Shown here piece after piece: positions 38,846-53,331 of a DNA stretch of 64,000 nucleotides. Below the pieces are notes generated by a model. It did no database searches. It saw only the letters and a program-made list of their open reading frames with translations, and was not told the origin of the DNA. The stretch comes from Eledone cirrhosa (lineage: Eukaryota). The stretch is taken from the NCBI GenBank assembly GCA_964016885.1, contig OZ024747.1:39556001-39620000 (forward strand). The letters are read 5' to 3'. How positions within the stretch are numbered: the first letter of the stretch is position 1; each line of letters begins with the position of its first letter. The position numbers and the translations under genes were made by a program.

Positions 38846-40070
38846 CAATATATAACAGTTTTACAAATAGATATTGACGTACCCTTTCAAAAAGGTGACC
38901 GTTGCTTTTGGAGGCCATCCGGATAGTGGTTTGTTTACTTTACTAAGTCATAGTGTTAAGAGTAAGTAAAAAGATGGAGAGAGAGAGAGAGAGAGAAACG
39001 TGGAGAAAAGAAAAAGAAGAAAGCAAAAAGAAAAGAGAACAGAGGAAAGATAACGGGGAGATATCAAAACATCAGACAGAGAAAGAACTCAAGAGAGAGA
39101 TATGCAGAGATAGAGAGAGGGAGGAGAGAACGAAAACCTTATGTTATGTCATATTAAGTTGAGTTAACAATTGAGATGAAATTAATAAATAAAATTAGAA
39201 ATATTAATTCGTGAATGGAATATAGATATATAATATGAGAAATTACACATTGTTTAATTATGATTATATATTTAGTTTAAAAATTGAGATCAATATATTA
39301 AAAATTGGAATTTAAACATTATAAAATATATATATTGCTAGAGAGATTATCTATCGTATATCACATATACATAGGCAAAGCTACATAAATATATATATAT
39401 ACTCACTCACTCAGAAAATACACATTATATCTACTCCCACACATAATGTATACATACAAAGCATAAGTGATTTTTTTATTTATTGCTATACACTCCTTGT
39501 GTTATTAATTAAAAAATGTTAGTATATATATATAAATATATAGGATTAACTTTTCTGCATTTATGGCTGTTAAATTATGCATATCTGCAATCAAAAGCTG
39601 CATGTGTAAGCCTGTACATTCACACCCATAATTCTTAGCTATACATGAATAGATATGTGTGTGCATCTTCAATTGGTATACACGCGTCACTCATGCATAT
39701 ATACAGACAGACATATAATCACAAAAAAACATATAACACATGTATATGTATGTCAACACACACATAAAGATACATAAGCCGTACATAGATATAAGTATAC
39801 ATCAATATATAACATAGTACAATTGAGTATATAAAATACAAAAGGATTATATTTTGGAAATATAATTATATCAATATAACTTAAAAGGCAAACGAATTCT
39901 ACAAACATCAAAATACTAAAATATCCCAAAATATTATAGAATATTTCAAGTTAAAATAATATGTTTAATATATTTAGCATAGAAATTTCCGCGTATTTAC
40001 ATACAGAAATATATACGCACACATAAAAACTATACATACATGTATATACATACGTATATATAGGAATAAA

Positions 40071-40132
40071 GTCAGGATCCCCGACGGATCTAGTTGTCGA
40101 AACGGCTCGAGCTCAGCCGTCGGAGTCCTGAC
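40071..40132 (+). ncRNA. hammerhead-like motif with damaged CUGANGA core; partial paralog at ~44188-44228 (-)
   Basis: GTCAGGATCC...GAAACGGCT-cgagctc-AGCCGTC-GGAGTCCTGAC; strong stems I and III. Confidence 0.55.
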
Positions 40133-40298
40133 TATTTTCCTATTACCTACTCCCCTACGTATCGAGTACTCTGGTGCGTTATGGTTTTCGTGGTTTCTTA
40201 CCTCACTTTCTTTGTTTTATATATACATAGCTTCCAACCGACATGGTCGCATTCTTTAAGGGTATGTCAATATTTGTTTATAAAAGTGATCTATATTA

Positions 40299-40363
40299 TA
40301 TTTTATCTGATGAAAGCGCACCATAATTTGCTTTGGTGTCCTTGAAATATGTATAATGAAATA
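40299..40363 (+). ncRNA. type I hammerhead motif
   Basis: TATTTTAT-CTGATGA..GCACCA..TGGTGT..GAAAT-ATGT-ATA-ATGAAATA. Confidence 0.7.
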
Positions 40364-40536
40364 AATATGGTTTTATAAATATAGTTTCCATTTGTTAATA
40401 TATTGTATATATATAGGTATATATATGTATAGACAACACACATACACCTGCATACGTACAGTTACATGCCTACACATTTACATATGTACGCGTATACACA
40501 GACGCACAAAAACATATAAAGCACTCAAAGATATAA

Positions 40537-40575
<39 letters not shown>

Positions 40576-40789
40576 TCAGCGAGAATCGCATTTCGGCGGG
40601 TAGAAAAAGCGAAACGTAACGCAAATTCCGAATCATGCTGGCAAGCGCTCCATGGGCTAAAAAAGACCAGAGCAATAAACATAGGTTATAAAGGCCATAA
40701 AAACTGAGAAGGCGATCAAGAAGCCATCTATCACCTAACCCAAAAAACAAGTCAAGCTAAACAGGTCAGACAAAATAAATGACATATTC

Positions 40790-40822
<33 letters not shown>

Positions 40823-41950
40823 ACAGAACTTGACCATTGGAATTGATTGTAAAATCCAGTAAAGTGTTACTGCGACACCTAAATCAATAATAATATCTGC
40901 TTAAAACAATAAGCTTTTGGTATAATGATCGAACGAGGAATATTACGTTATCAACAGGTATTTTGTTCTGCGCAAGTGTTTTGTAAAAGCACATGTGTAA
41001 CTCAGAGGGGAAAAACCCCAAATTTTGGCAAATGAATTTAGTATGTGTAAATCCATGCAAAACATGGGTAGTTTTTTAAATGAACTTATGCAATTAATCT
41101 GTCAATAGAATTATTAACAGGTTAATTGTAAGACTCGGGAGATTAATACATATACACATATATATAGATACAATTACATATATATATATATATATATACA
41201 CGTTTATACAATTACATATATATATATATATTTACAAGTATAAAATGTACATATATACATATATGCACACATATATACACAATTACATAATATATATATA
41301 AATATATATACATGCAAACAATATAAGTATACACACCAAAAAATTCATATATGCTAATATATGATATATATATACACACACACAGGCACGTTCACACATA
41401 CACACACACATACACACACACGCACATGCACACATATATATATTGTTATACTGTGGGAGGGTCATGTTGACAATAAAAACACGCGTACCGCCGATTTTCA
41501 CTTCAGTTTATTATAAATTTCCAGCTGATTGGTTCAATAATCGGAAGGTTGTTTATATATTGTCAAAGCTCTATCGTCACAGATTCTGTGACCTCCTCAG
41601 TGACTAAGTTTTTATTCTGTGTGTCTTTTTTTTGTTCTGTCTTACACCATCTTGTTTAGTTTGCTCATGCGTTACATCTGGATGTGTGTGTGTGTTTATT
41701 TATGTGTTTATTTATTTGTCACTAGTTGGTTGTATGTTCTAACTGTGTGTGTCGTATATGTTATGTTAGTTGGTTTATGTGTGTCTGTATGTATTCACAC
41801 ATACATATACGTATATTTAATTACACATAAACAAATACATACATTTACGTACAAATATATACACACATAATGGCTAAAAAGATTTTGTATAAAAATGAAT
41901 TAATAGATTTTAATAGATTTTAATTTCAAATCTTATATCCATAACATAAA

Positions 41951-42024
41951 TATTTCATCTGATGAGCGTATTGGACGTTTCTGTTGAGAACGTCTAGTTT
42001 CATGAAACCTTAAGTAATGGAATA
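41951..42024 (+). ncRNA. type I hammerhead motif
   Basis: TATTTCAT-CTGATGA..GGACGTT..AACGTCT..GAAAC-CTTAA-GTA-ATGGAATA; 8-bp stem I. Confidence 0.7.
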
Positions 42025-42185
42025 ATTATATTGTGTTCTTTATTATATAATTAAATAGCTCTGTACTATACATAGAGCACTATTATTTCCTTTACCTTTT
42101 CTACGGAAATACATAACAGGTGGTGCTATTAACTTAGACATAGCTTGGGCCAATACTGGCCGAAACCTATCAAAGTTATAATATA

Positions 42186-42590
42186 CGAGGTGTGTCAGAA
42201 AAGTTCCAGGACTGATGGCACAAAAGATTTATTTCAAACCCAAACTTCACACTAAGAGTTTTCTCCTTCAAAGTCAACGCCCTGGAGTGTGTAACTGTAA
42301 TGTTAGCTCTCTGCAGCGATCAAACTTTTTTCTTCATAATATTATATACATGTCCTCTGTTTCAGGTCGTCAAGAATGAGTACAGAGCAACGAACAAACT
42401 TGAAGTTTCTGGTACGGTTGGGGGAAACTCCGCTGCAGCAAGTGTATGGAGATGAGACGATGTCACGCTCACGTATTTTTGAATGGTGCAAGAGGTTTAA
42501 AAAAGGACGCGAGGACGTGGAAGATGACCCCAGGAGCGGAAGGCCCTCAACAACCAGGACTGAGGTTGAGCGCGTTAGGCATATGGTGCG
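42186..42590 (+). mobile_element. mariner-family DNA transposon 5' fragment
   Basis: TA-CGAGGTGTGTCAGAAAAGTTCC TIR; MSTEQRTNLKFLVRLG..VYGDETMSRSRIFEWCKRFKKGREDVEDDPRSGRPST (transposase HTH). Confidence 0.88.
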
Positions 42591-43264
42591 TATATATATA
42601 TACATAATACATATTGTGTTTGTGTGTAGATAAAGTTGTAGCCATAGCAAAGCGTTTATGTGGGTGGCAAAAGAGGAAAAAAAACAATAAAAGTGTGAGA
42701 GAAGGGGGGAAAGATTCATATATATGTAGGCTTGAACTGTTTTTTCAAGTTCCTCCTAAAGTTAGTAGAGCACCAATCCTAATTTTCAACTTTTGCTGGA
42801 ACGGCAATCGCTCTGTATAATAAGTTCCTGATATTTACTGGAATTCTATATGAATCCAGCATCTATAATTTTCACACAAACATCGGCGAGTTCTAAGCTC
42901 TCATGATCACCAACAGTGAGAAATAGATCTGTCAGCTTATCTCCCTTTGTTTGTTGAAAAATAAAGTAAGTGACATAGTCAGTACTTTAAAATAATAGGG
43001 CAGTCTTCAAAATGCTTTTAATTAAGCATACAGAATATTGCAAAATATACTATTTATATATTCATGTATACATCGGTATTTCAGAGCACCAATCCTAATA
43101 TATATATAGGTGTATGTATATATATATATACTTATGTGCATCTGTATATATATATATATATATATATAAACAATGAGTTATATGGTTAGTTGCTTATTCA
43201 ACAAAATTAATTTTACAACAGATAGAAGAACTCTACAATATTTATCTGGAGTACCATTAATATT

Positions 43265-43413
43265 AACAATATTAATAAATGGAAATATCTTTACAAAACC
43301 ATATTTATTTTATTATACGTATTTCAAAGGTACTAACATTTAAGTACCCTTGAAATACGTATAATAAAATGAATATGGTTTTGTAAAGATATTTTTCATT
43401 TATTAATATTGTT
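43265..43413. repeat. near-perfect hairpin of two hammerhead 3' halves
   Basis: aacaatattaataaatg..tatacgtatttcaaaggtac / gtacccttgaaatacgtata..catttattaatattgtt; related to the 38742/40400 family. Confidence 0.85.
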
Positions 43414-43454
<41 letters not shown>

Positions 43455-43980
43455 AACTATGCCTCTGCAAATTGGCTTGACAAAGCATAATTACATTAGA
43501 ACGTAGTAATTAGACTTAGAGGAATAAAGAAACATTTTATAATAGTGGACGGAAATGTAGCAGATAATTCCAAATACCACCGGAATTAACCCCCACCCCC
43601 CACCTTTATTCACAAACATAAACATCTAGCTTTGTAACACCGAGAGATATGAATTTCGATGTTAAAATCGTGCCCATACACATTTAGGGTTCTTATTAAA
43701 CCCTTTACTTTCCTGTGAGTCTCTGAGAAGCCCAACTTCGGCGTAACATGTGTAAGAGCTTCTTATAAATATATGTTAACGTTTTGTTTCTCTTTCTTCG
43801 ATTTCTTCGATTATAATTGCTCTGCTTAAAGTCGCACACTGAATATTAACGCTTCTAATATTTAACCCTGTCTGCACAAGCATCGAGCACGAATGCACCT
43901 GCTTATGGCAGATAATTAATGTATCGTCTCCTTCTATAACGCTTCCTCTCTCTATTCTTTCTCACGATACTGTAACATTG

Positions 43981-44099
<119 letters not shown>

Positions 44100-44413
44100 A
44101 CGAAGGAAATGTTGTAAGGAACCAGATGGACCATAACGCACCAAAGTACTCAATACTTAGGGTAGTAGAGTGGGTAATAGGAACAAGTAGGACCCCGACG
44201 GCTGAGCTCAAGCCGTTTCGACGGCTAATTCTGGACTAAATGAAAAATGTTTAGCCTGGTAAATGAATAGCCGAACTTCTCAGGGGGTAATTCCATATAT
44301 GATAAAAGTGATTGTCACAAGGATTGGTCAAAGGTTTGTTGTTAAGACACATGATTCTATCATGGCATTTTGAGGGAGAGGGAGTGGAAGAGACCCAATA
44401 TATATATATATAT

Positions 44414-44531
44414 ATAATTGTTTCTACTTTTGGCACGATCCCGTAAGGATGAAAGGCAAAGTTAACCTCGGCGGGATTTAAACTCAGATCATAAAGAGCC
44501 GTAATTCTATGCTGGAAAGCATGGCGTCCGA
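44414..44531 (-). mobile_element. tRNA-derived SINE, internally deleted copy
   Basis: Matches 44806-44991. Confidence 0.8.
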
Positions 44532-44805
44532 ATGATGCATATTTATATATATATGTGTGTGTGTATACATACATATATTTAACTGATTATCCCAGCTGCC
44601 TATCTTTTTAGAGGTGGGTCAGCGCATAGGTGTGTGGGTGTGTTGGTATGTGGAGCTGTAGTGACTCGACCTGTTTTCTCTTGGCACTGCAAGAGTCAGC
44701 AGCAACACACAAAATCACGTGTTGCTACCACCAAGAATAAAAAATTGAGTCCAACGAGGGAAATTATATTATAGTTATGGTGTTTCACATGGACCCTTAT
44801 AGATA

Positions 44806-44991
44806 TAATTTTTTCTACTTTTGGCACAAGGCCAGCAATTACCCAATGCATTACTGGTACTTTATTTTATCGACTCCGGAAGGATGAAAGGCAAAGTTAA
44901 CCTCGGCGGGATTTGAACTCAGACTATAAAGAGCCGTAACTCTTTGCTGCAAAGCATGGCGTCCGACCCTCTACCGATACTGCCAATCTAC
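44806..44991 (-). mobile_element. tRNA-derived SINE, full head
   Basis: A box TGGCAGTATCGG, B box GAGTTCAAATCC, body GCCTTTCATCCTT..GTCGATAAAATAAAGTACCAG resembling octopus SINEs (from memory). Confidence 0.85.
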
Positions 44992-46579
44992 AATACACAG
45001 AAGCATACAGTCCATGTGAAAACAAAAGAGAGCATATCATCTAATAAGAAGGGATATGAAACAGAAAGTTGAATGGTAAAGGTAGAAAAGAATCATTGAA
45101 ATAATTCTTCTACAAAGTGTCCTGTCTCCAAAACCCTAAAAGAATCTATCTTTCTATATCAGAACATGCCAGGTTTTATCCACACTATTGTTATTTTGTG
45201 TACCTACAAATCTTTCACTAAAGCCACACGTTCTGACCCAGAAAACATTATATGTAACTACATTAATTTATATCCAAGTGTCTGCAAATATAACCCAGGG
45301 CTCACCGTAATCTATATCAAGTCAAAACAAAACATTACAGACAACCGTCTATATCAGGTGCGTGCAACATATTCCATTGGCGGGCCACTTTTGAACATTG
45401 AAACAACTATTAGGGCCATTTATATGTATTAAGTACTATTCCTAAGATTCACCACAACTTCTTTCCATAACATGGAATAACGCTATCAGTGAAGTCCTTT
45501 AGTATAGTTCAACTAACAGAAAATTGTATTACGGTTGCGAAAAGAATTCTAAATAAACCTACAAGGAAAAACTTTTAAATGGTCTTTGTGGTCCGGATTG
45601 TGGCCAGCGAGCCGCCTGTTGCACGCCCCTCTATATAGACTCTATATAAATCAAATAGTAAGTGGAATTGAAAAGAAATAACCAAAGTTAGAAACTGCCA
45701 AAGAGGATATATAAAGGTGCACATGGTAGATTAATGAGTTTCTCCAAGATTTTGACACCTTTTTTTTTCTGAGCATTCTTAAAAAAAAATGTTTTATAGC
45801 AACACTTACACAAGAGAACAAGCTGCCCATTGGAGAATTTTCTTCTAGCAAACCACCCTGGAATGGACCTTATTACTTACCCACCCACCCCCCACCCACC
45901 CCACACACACAGTCAAAAATTTATCAGAATTTCACCAAATTCAAAAATGGCGAAAGCCAATCAACCCGTATCTTCGGTCACTGAAGGAATTGGAGCTTCA
46001 CTCACAGAAGTTGATTCAGCAGCCAGCTTGACCACCGAAATAGGTAGCAGTAACACCTATCACTCTCATTAATAATAGGAAGCCAACGGCAGCAACAGTG
46101 ACAATAAAAACACCAGCAATAACACCATTTATATTTTCAGGAATTATAGACTCAATTTTAGCAACATGGATTTATGAGAAACTGTTAACATGCTCGCATG
46201 TGTGTGTGCAGAACTCTGGGTTTTTCCGATGGGAACAACCCCTGGTTTTGCTTGTCCACCTATTTTTTTTCTCGTGCGTTCCCCTCAATTCCACAGCCCC
46301 TGTTTTTCTGCCTTGTCTTCTGTTGCCTCCGGATGGTGTAGGTGAGCTATGAGGCCTCACTCATATCAGCATCCTGCCCACATCCCCATGATTCCGTTTT
46401 TTCTCTTCCACCCACATACCACTGAGCCTAGCCCCCACGCCAGTGACAACCAGCACTCGCCTTTGATGCCGCTTGGTGCTCCAGTACCCGGCCCCACATC
46501 TATCCTCTATCGACACCAGTCGACACCTGCAGCACTTGCAGAACCATTGAACAGGAGGAAGAGGGCCGGAACCGTTTGG

Positions 46580-49250
46580 GGTGAGGCTGTTTCCACCACC
46601 TTGTGTTGGCTTGACACGTCGAGCCTCCAGTGTCTTCGCAGCGAGGAGATGTAGCAACTATCACTTCCCCTTATCTGCTCAGACACGGTCGTCTGCTACA
46701 CCAGCAGATGTGACATCGAGAGTGTGTGATGCTGGAGCCTCACCAGTTAACATCGCTCAGCTCAGGCGGCTCCGGAAGATCACGCACAATATCCGAAGAA
46801 CAGCACGGGTGCTAGTAGCCGATGCGCTCGCTTACTTAATCGAGAGGGCCCTGACTCTAATCGAGCCAGCGACTGGGAACGCCTCTTTTATATCGCCCTA
46901 CACGCCCTCGGCATCGCCAACGTTTGCGTTGCCCGAAACGGCCTGTCGACAGCAGCTTTTTTCAATGCCACTGTATCATCATTTTGGAAAGTTCCCATAC
47001 CAAGTGTTCCAAAGGACACTAAACAATTTGATCTCCGGTGTCTTCAATCCTCCACACCTGAGGCCAGCGCAAAGCGTTTTCGTGACTGCGTAAACGCAAA
47101 ACTAATCATGGGCGATGTCTCGGCTGCAGTCAGAGTGGTTGCCTCGGAGAACAGTGCCCTCCACCCGGCCGAGAAGGTGCTGGCTGCACTGCCCTCAAGC
47201 ACACTGAGCCACCCGCTGACATCAGACCGATAGCCCCACTTGATTCTCACTTCTTCTTTATGGCTTCCGACGCAGACATCATATCTGCCATCAAGTCCTT
47301 CTGAGCCAGCAGCTGCGGAGGTGCTGATGACACCCGACCTAGCCACCTCAGAGAGTTGTTATCCCCCCTCTGCGATGAGGCCGGGCCCCGCCGTCAGAGC
47401 ACAATTGTGGCACTCACACTCACTAATAAGTTCATCCATGGCGCCCTGAATCCTCAAGCCCGAGGCCTCTTTTTTCGGCAAGTCTGAATGCTCTCAGGTA
47501 GAAAGAGGGTGGCATACGCTCCGTCGCTGTGGGCAATGTCTTCCGGAGGCTGGCTGCTAAGGTGGTCTGCAGGTCCATAACACCTGAACAAGGCGAGGAG
47601 CTCATCCTGGTGCGACTGGGAGTCGGGTGTCAGGTGGCTGTGAGGGCGCTGCACATGCAACCAAGCAGTTCTTCAATAATTGCCCACCGGAACCGGCATC
47701 CAGGGACTCCAGGCACCTCATTGTGAAGCTTGACATGAAGAATGCTTTTAACTGCCTACACTATGACCATCTGCTTGATACCTACCTCAGCCGAGCCCCC
47801 TCTGCCTATCCGCAGGCCTACCTGTCATATGGAGCTTCGAGCATGCTCCTTGCTGCTGATACGGTCATACTGTCAGTCACTGGGGTACTTTGGGCCCGCT
47901 CCTATTTGCTGTTGGTATAGACCACATCACCCGGAGTATAAAGCCTCTCGCAACGTTTGGTACCTGGATTGTGCTACGTTGGGCGGGCCCATGGAGACTG
48001 TCTGCCATGACCTACAATTGGTCGTTACTGCTCTGACGGGATTTGGCCTCCAGGTCAACTCGTCCAAGTCGGTGGTGGTGAATGTCAACAACGATGCTGA
48101 GATGTGCAGCCAACGTTTACAGGTGGCCCCAAAAGAGGATTTCCTCATCCTCGTGTCACCGCCGGCAATTTGGCCTACCATCAAGTCCAGGCTCCAGCAA
48201 CTCAACACCCTCACGAGCCAACTGGGCGTGATTGACGCCCACCCGGCCTTCTTCCTGTTGAGGAAATGCTTTGCCATGCCTAAGCTCCTCTATACTTTTC
48301 GTTGCGCTCCGTGTTACAGCCACGCATCTCTCCTTGCTGACCTCGGGACTTGTATCCGAGCGGCAGCTGAGGAGATATGCAACGTCAGGTTTGACGACAT
48401 TGGATGGCAACAGGCCACCTTACCTGTTAGATATCGTGGCCTTGGCCTCCGGTCCCCAATCTCGCTGGCTTTGCTGGTGTTTCTTTCGTCGGTAACCTCA
48501 TGCCGCATCCTCGTCAACAAGGTTCTCCTAAACACAATGGAACCCACTATGATCGAGGAAGGTGAGACCGCTTGCGAGACATGGAACCGGCTTGGACTTA
48601 GCCTAGTAGACGTCCCTACTCCTTCTCCTCATGCTGACACCAAGTACCCCCAGAGTATTTGTGATGCCATCCAGTGAAAATGGCCTCAGACAGGCTAGCG
48701 TGCCAACTCGACCAGCACCGCGTTGCATGTTTTCGCACGGCCTCACAACCCCACATCGTTGTCTGGCTCCATGCCTTACCCTCCCTTTCCACTGGCACGC
48801 AGCTGGACAATGATAGCCTGCACATTTGGGTTTCTCTGAAGCTTGGCCTCCAGATCTGCGAGCCACACAAATGACGCTGCAGATCTACTGTGGACTCTTT
48901 TGGCTTCCATTCGCTTTCCTGTCGCTACAGTGCCGGCCGCCTTCCACGCCATGCTGCCCTCAACGAGGTCATAAACTAGGGCTTGGATGCTGCAGGCTCC
49001 TAGCTCCAGCCGGTGGGGCTGGACCGAGGGGACAGTATGACCATCTACTCGTTCCACGGTGGTAAACCCCTCGTCTGGTATGCCATTTGCAGCGATTCAT
49101 TCTCGAGCGGTAACTTGGGGCAGTCTTTGACTAACTCAGGTTCTGCTGCACGTCAGGCTGAGGATGGTAAACTCTCCAAGTATCGGTCGCTCTCCGACAC
49201 GTTTGCAGTCTAGCTCCTAGCAATGGAGACTTCTGGTGTCTTTGTCCGTA
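46580..49250 (+). mobile_element. CRE-clade non-LTR retrotransposon (RT + restriction-like endonuclease), decayed
   Basis: GIRSVAVGNVFRRLAAKV, GCEGAAHA, KLDMKNAFN, WYLDC, QATLPVRYRGLGLR, WLHALP, HSLSC..RHAALN, KPLVW. Confidence 0.82.
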
Positions 49251-50149
49251 GGGAGGTAGTGATTCATAAAGTATTATATCATATTAAACGTGTGTACCAT
49301 TCCATTTGCCATTTATACCTATTAACATTGTCACACTGGGATATATAACAAAGGATTTGCATTTGAGAAAGAACAAAACAAACTGACTTGCAGAGTAACT
49401 ACGGACTTGACCGAAGATGCCCACCGCTTTAAAGTGACTGCCTGATTCTGGCGGTATGATAGACATAATTCTGAGTTGAAAGCTTCACTGGGATCTAGGT
49501 ATCAGATGACAAACAGCACACCTATGTTTAGACTAATCTTTAGGAATAAAATGTAGAATAGGAAAAATGACTTGGACTTGTATTTGCAACAAAGCAATCT
49601 CGGACAGTGACAATCGGTGCTCACCAAATAGAAAGTTAGTAAACCTAAGATATCATGAGGGGAGCACACCCCAAAAAACAATTAACTATGCAGATAAAAT
49701 CAAATCATCAGAAAATTAATTAGCAATGCATACACATAATATGACGATCCATCATATGGGCGGATATCTTGATGAAAATCAGAAATAAGCCAAATCAGAA
49801 TATAGACCAAGAAAGCCTCACTGACTTATCGGTGGGATTAATAAGGTCAGCAGAAGCACTGAATAAGCACCAACCAACAACACTGACAATTCAACCAGAC
49901 CAAGTGTATGTTATGACCAAATTCAGCGAAATTGAAAAAGATATAGCAGCATTAAAGGAACTAATCAAACGCAACACAAATAAAAGATATGACAGAAATA
50001 AAAGAGGCCATTTACAACAACAGCATACAAGGAGCAAACATGTGGAGCACTGTTGTGAAGAAAAACAGGCCCAATCAGAAATTCGCATCCAAGAATAAAC
50101 ATAAACTAGACAGCTACATACATAAAATAGTATAATTAAATAGTATAAT

Positions 50150-52240
50150 TAAATTCCAACACTATCCAGATATATGAAAATTTACTCACACGTTAGTAAT
50201 ACCGAAACCAAATAAGGATAACTAACACTCTACCAGATCATACCGTCCAATAGATTTACTAAGCAATCTTTCTAAAATGCTAGAAAAATGTTGGTCAATA
50301 GATTATCTTACTAAGGAGTGTCAATCAACATTTTCCCCAAATCCCAGTTCGGATTTCGAGTGAATAAAATCACTGAGAAATATGTACATGAAATAACCAC
50401 ATTCACCAGAAAATCAAAACGCTTGAAAGAATCGACCAGCTTGATCTCACTAGACATAAAGGGAGCTTATGACAATGTGGTTCACTCTAGTAAAAAAAAT
50501 TACACAAATTTGAAATTCCCCAAATATCTCTGGGTCAAAAGCTTTCTCACTCATCATAGTAAAAGTCAGATTCTTGGAAACGAGAACAGCAAAAATATTT
50601 ACATTTTAAATGGTCTTCCACGGGGATCGTCAGTCTCACACATTCTGTTTCTATATTACACAACTGACTTGTTTACATCTCTAAATAAAATTGTAGAAGT
50701 ATCAGGCTTTGCAGATGATATCAACTTATATACTTCATTAACAACAACAAAACGAAATTATGTACAGCCCTATCAACTGCAACTGAATGGGCAAAAGAAA
50801 ATGGCCAACAATTTGATCCCTCTAAAACACAACTGGTTCATTTCCATAACCTGAATCCATCAATTATCAATGCGATGAAATATACTTCGTGAACCAACTA
50901 CTGATACCACAAAAATCCTTCAAGAAACTAGGCATTGAGTTATCTGACTTGAAATGGGAAACTCATCTCAAACACACACTGAAAAAAATGACTTCAACAT
51001 GGCATACAAATGAAATCCCACTACCTAATATACAACCACTTGAGACTGTATAATAAGGGACTCATCAACACTCAATTGTTGTATGGCAGCTGGGTTTGGG
51101 GTCACACAAGTACTAGCTATCTTCAAGCTAATGATAAATTCTATACCCAAATTGGCAACATCATACTTGGATGTCTAAGATCTACTCCCAAGATAGCAAT
51201 TTTTCATGAAGCGGGGTTAACTCCAACTCACAAGTTGATAGAAAAGTCCAGGAAACGCAAATTTCTAACTGCTCAGTTTAAATGTAAAAGAAGACAGCCT
51301 GATACTTATATTCCTTCATGGGTAGAACAATTAAAATCGTTTAAAATAATGTTCAAAAACACAAAAGAGGAAGCAATATAGCTCCATAACACTATCGCAG
51401 TCAATCTCTTTTAACAGCTGGGTCTGCTACACAAACGGGGGACATTAAGACAAAGAAGTGGGCTGTGGAGCCATTTTGGTCTTTCAAAAAATAATTATAA
51501 ATATATGAACTTCAGATTACATCGAGATTACACTAAATTTGATTAATTACCTTATCCATAGATTCATGAAAGAATTGCCCTGGAAAAATGGTTTTCTATT
51601 TACTGATAGTCTATCAAACCTGGAAATGCTTCAATCAAGAAAAAAGGGTTGGGTTAGAGATATTGAGAATTCTCTGCTAAAAATAGATAACACCTCTCAG
51701 AAAATAATAAAGAAATAACAGTGATTTGGATACCAGGCCATACAGGTATTAGAGGAAATAGGAAAACACATGAATTAGCTAAAGAGGGAACACAAAGGGA
51801 AACAACAGATATAGACTACGTCCCAAATCATTTAGCAAACAAATAATTAATCAATTAATCAAGTGTGGGAGACATTTTGGGAAGAAACCAGAGATAAACT
51901 CACAAATTTCAATCCCCCACTTTTTCAGACGGATTTGACAACATTCAAAACTTATCGATCGTTGCGTAATGCGAATAAAAAAAGACTGGCTTCGAGCTGG
52001 ACAACTACTTCTATCAAGAACATGCCATAGAGATTCACCTCTATGTTCTTGTGGTGACTTTCCAGAATCTCTTTGACACGATTTGTTCCAATGTAGAAAC
52101 TATAGCTATCAGTCTGAGAGGAGCCATGCTAAAACCAATATTTAAAAAACTACCAAGATTGGAAGTTCAATATTTGATTACGGGTCTACCAAATATAAAC
52201 AAAATCTTAGAGTACATGGAAGCTACGAAAAAATTCATTC
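50150..52240 (+). mobile_element. I-group LINE with RT and RNase H, decayed
   Basis: IPKPNK, YRPIDLLSNLSKMLEK, QFGFR, LDIKGAYDNV, GLPRGS, FADD; FTDSLS, WIPGHTGIRGN. Confidence 0.8.
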
Positions 52241-52331
52241 AACAAGAGAAACTTCTAGCTGTTTTACAGCTTCCCCTGTTTCCTCTTTTCCTTTTCATTT
52301 TCTTATGCATAATCTGCCTCCGATTGGCCTT

Positions 52332-52397
<66 letters not shown>

Positions 52398-52400
<3 letters not shown>

Positions 52401-53250
52401 AGGTGAGTTTTATTGTAGCACAATAAAGCAATGCAGATATCGGATAAGTAGCACTCTACAGTTTGTAGGACTGGAGTATAAATAATATAAGATCAAAAGA
52501 TGGTTAAAAGAGTTCCATGGATTTTATTATGCGCATTTCAAAAACAAATATCATAATGAGATGACATTTGCGTTTTCGTCAGATAAAATAGGGATACATG
52601 ATATGAAGGTTAAAAAACACTTATGAATAGTGAAGTTTTAAATCAACATATGAAAAGTAATTTAAGATTGATGTGTGATATTGGGAAGAAAAGTGAGGGG
52701 GGGGGGTGAAAAAGAGGAGGAGATGAGAGTAAAGAATGGTGGGGGAGGAGTATAATAAGGAAGGATGAGATAGGAGGAGAGATGGGTGATAGAAAGAGAG
52801 AGATAGCCTTTATAACTGAGAAAAAAAAATTATTTCAGAGAGAGAGGTTAAAAAGCCGTTGGAAGATAATATATAATTTAAAAGAATTTGAAAATAAACA
52901 GTTGAAGAGAAAACAAATTAAGAATAATATTAAATTAAGGTTTGTATATTGAAAGGTTTAATAATATGTGCGATGATATTATACTCCTCCCCCACCATTC
53001 TTTACTCTCAGCTCTTCCTCTTTTTCACCCTTTCCAACTCTCTTTTTTTCCCAATATCACACATCAATCTTAAATTACTTTTCATATGTTGATTTAAAAC
53101 TTCACTATTCACAAGTGTTTGTTAACCTTCATATCATGTATCCCTATTTTATCTGACGAAAACGCAAATGTCATCTCATGATGATGTTTGTTTTTGAAAT
53201 GCGCATAATAATATACATGGAACTCTTTTAACCATCTTTTGATCTTGTAT

Positions 53251-53253
<3 letters not shown>
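52398..53253. mobile_element. non-coding fold-back copy of the 25691-29042 PLE pLTR with hammerheads at 52521-52590 (-) and 53145-53213 (+)
   Basis: 52398-52975 matches rc of 28930-29042 plus 25691-26180; 52978-53253 is its inverted arm; CTGACGA..GAAATGCGCATA in both; (TA)n on both sides. Confidence 0.88.

Positions 53254-53331
<78 letters not shown>

Noticed and set aside
42760-42960. Protein-like minus-strand stretch
   Set aside because: Stops in all frames examined and no recognisable motif.
45585-45632. hAT-like terminal sequence
   Set aside because: No matching opposite terminus or TSD found.
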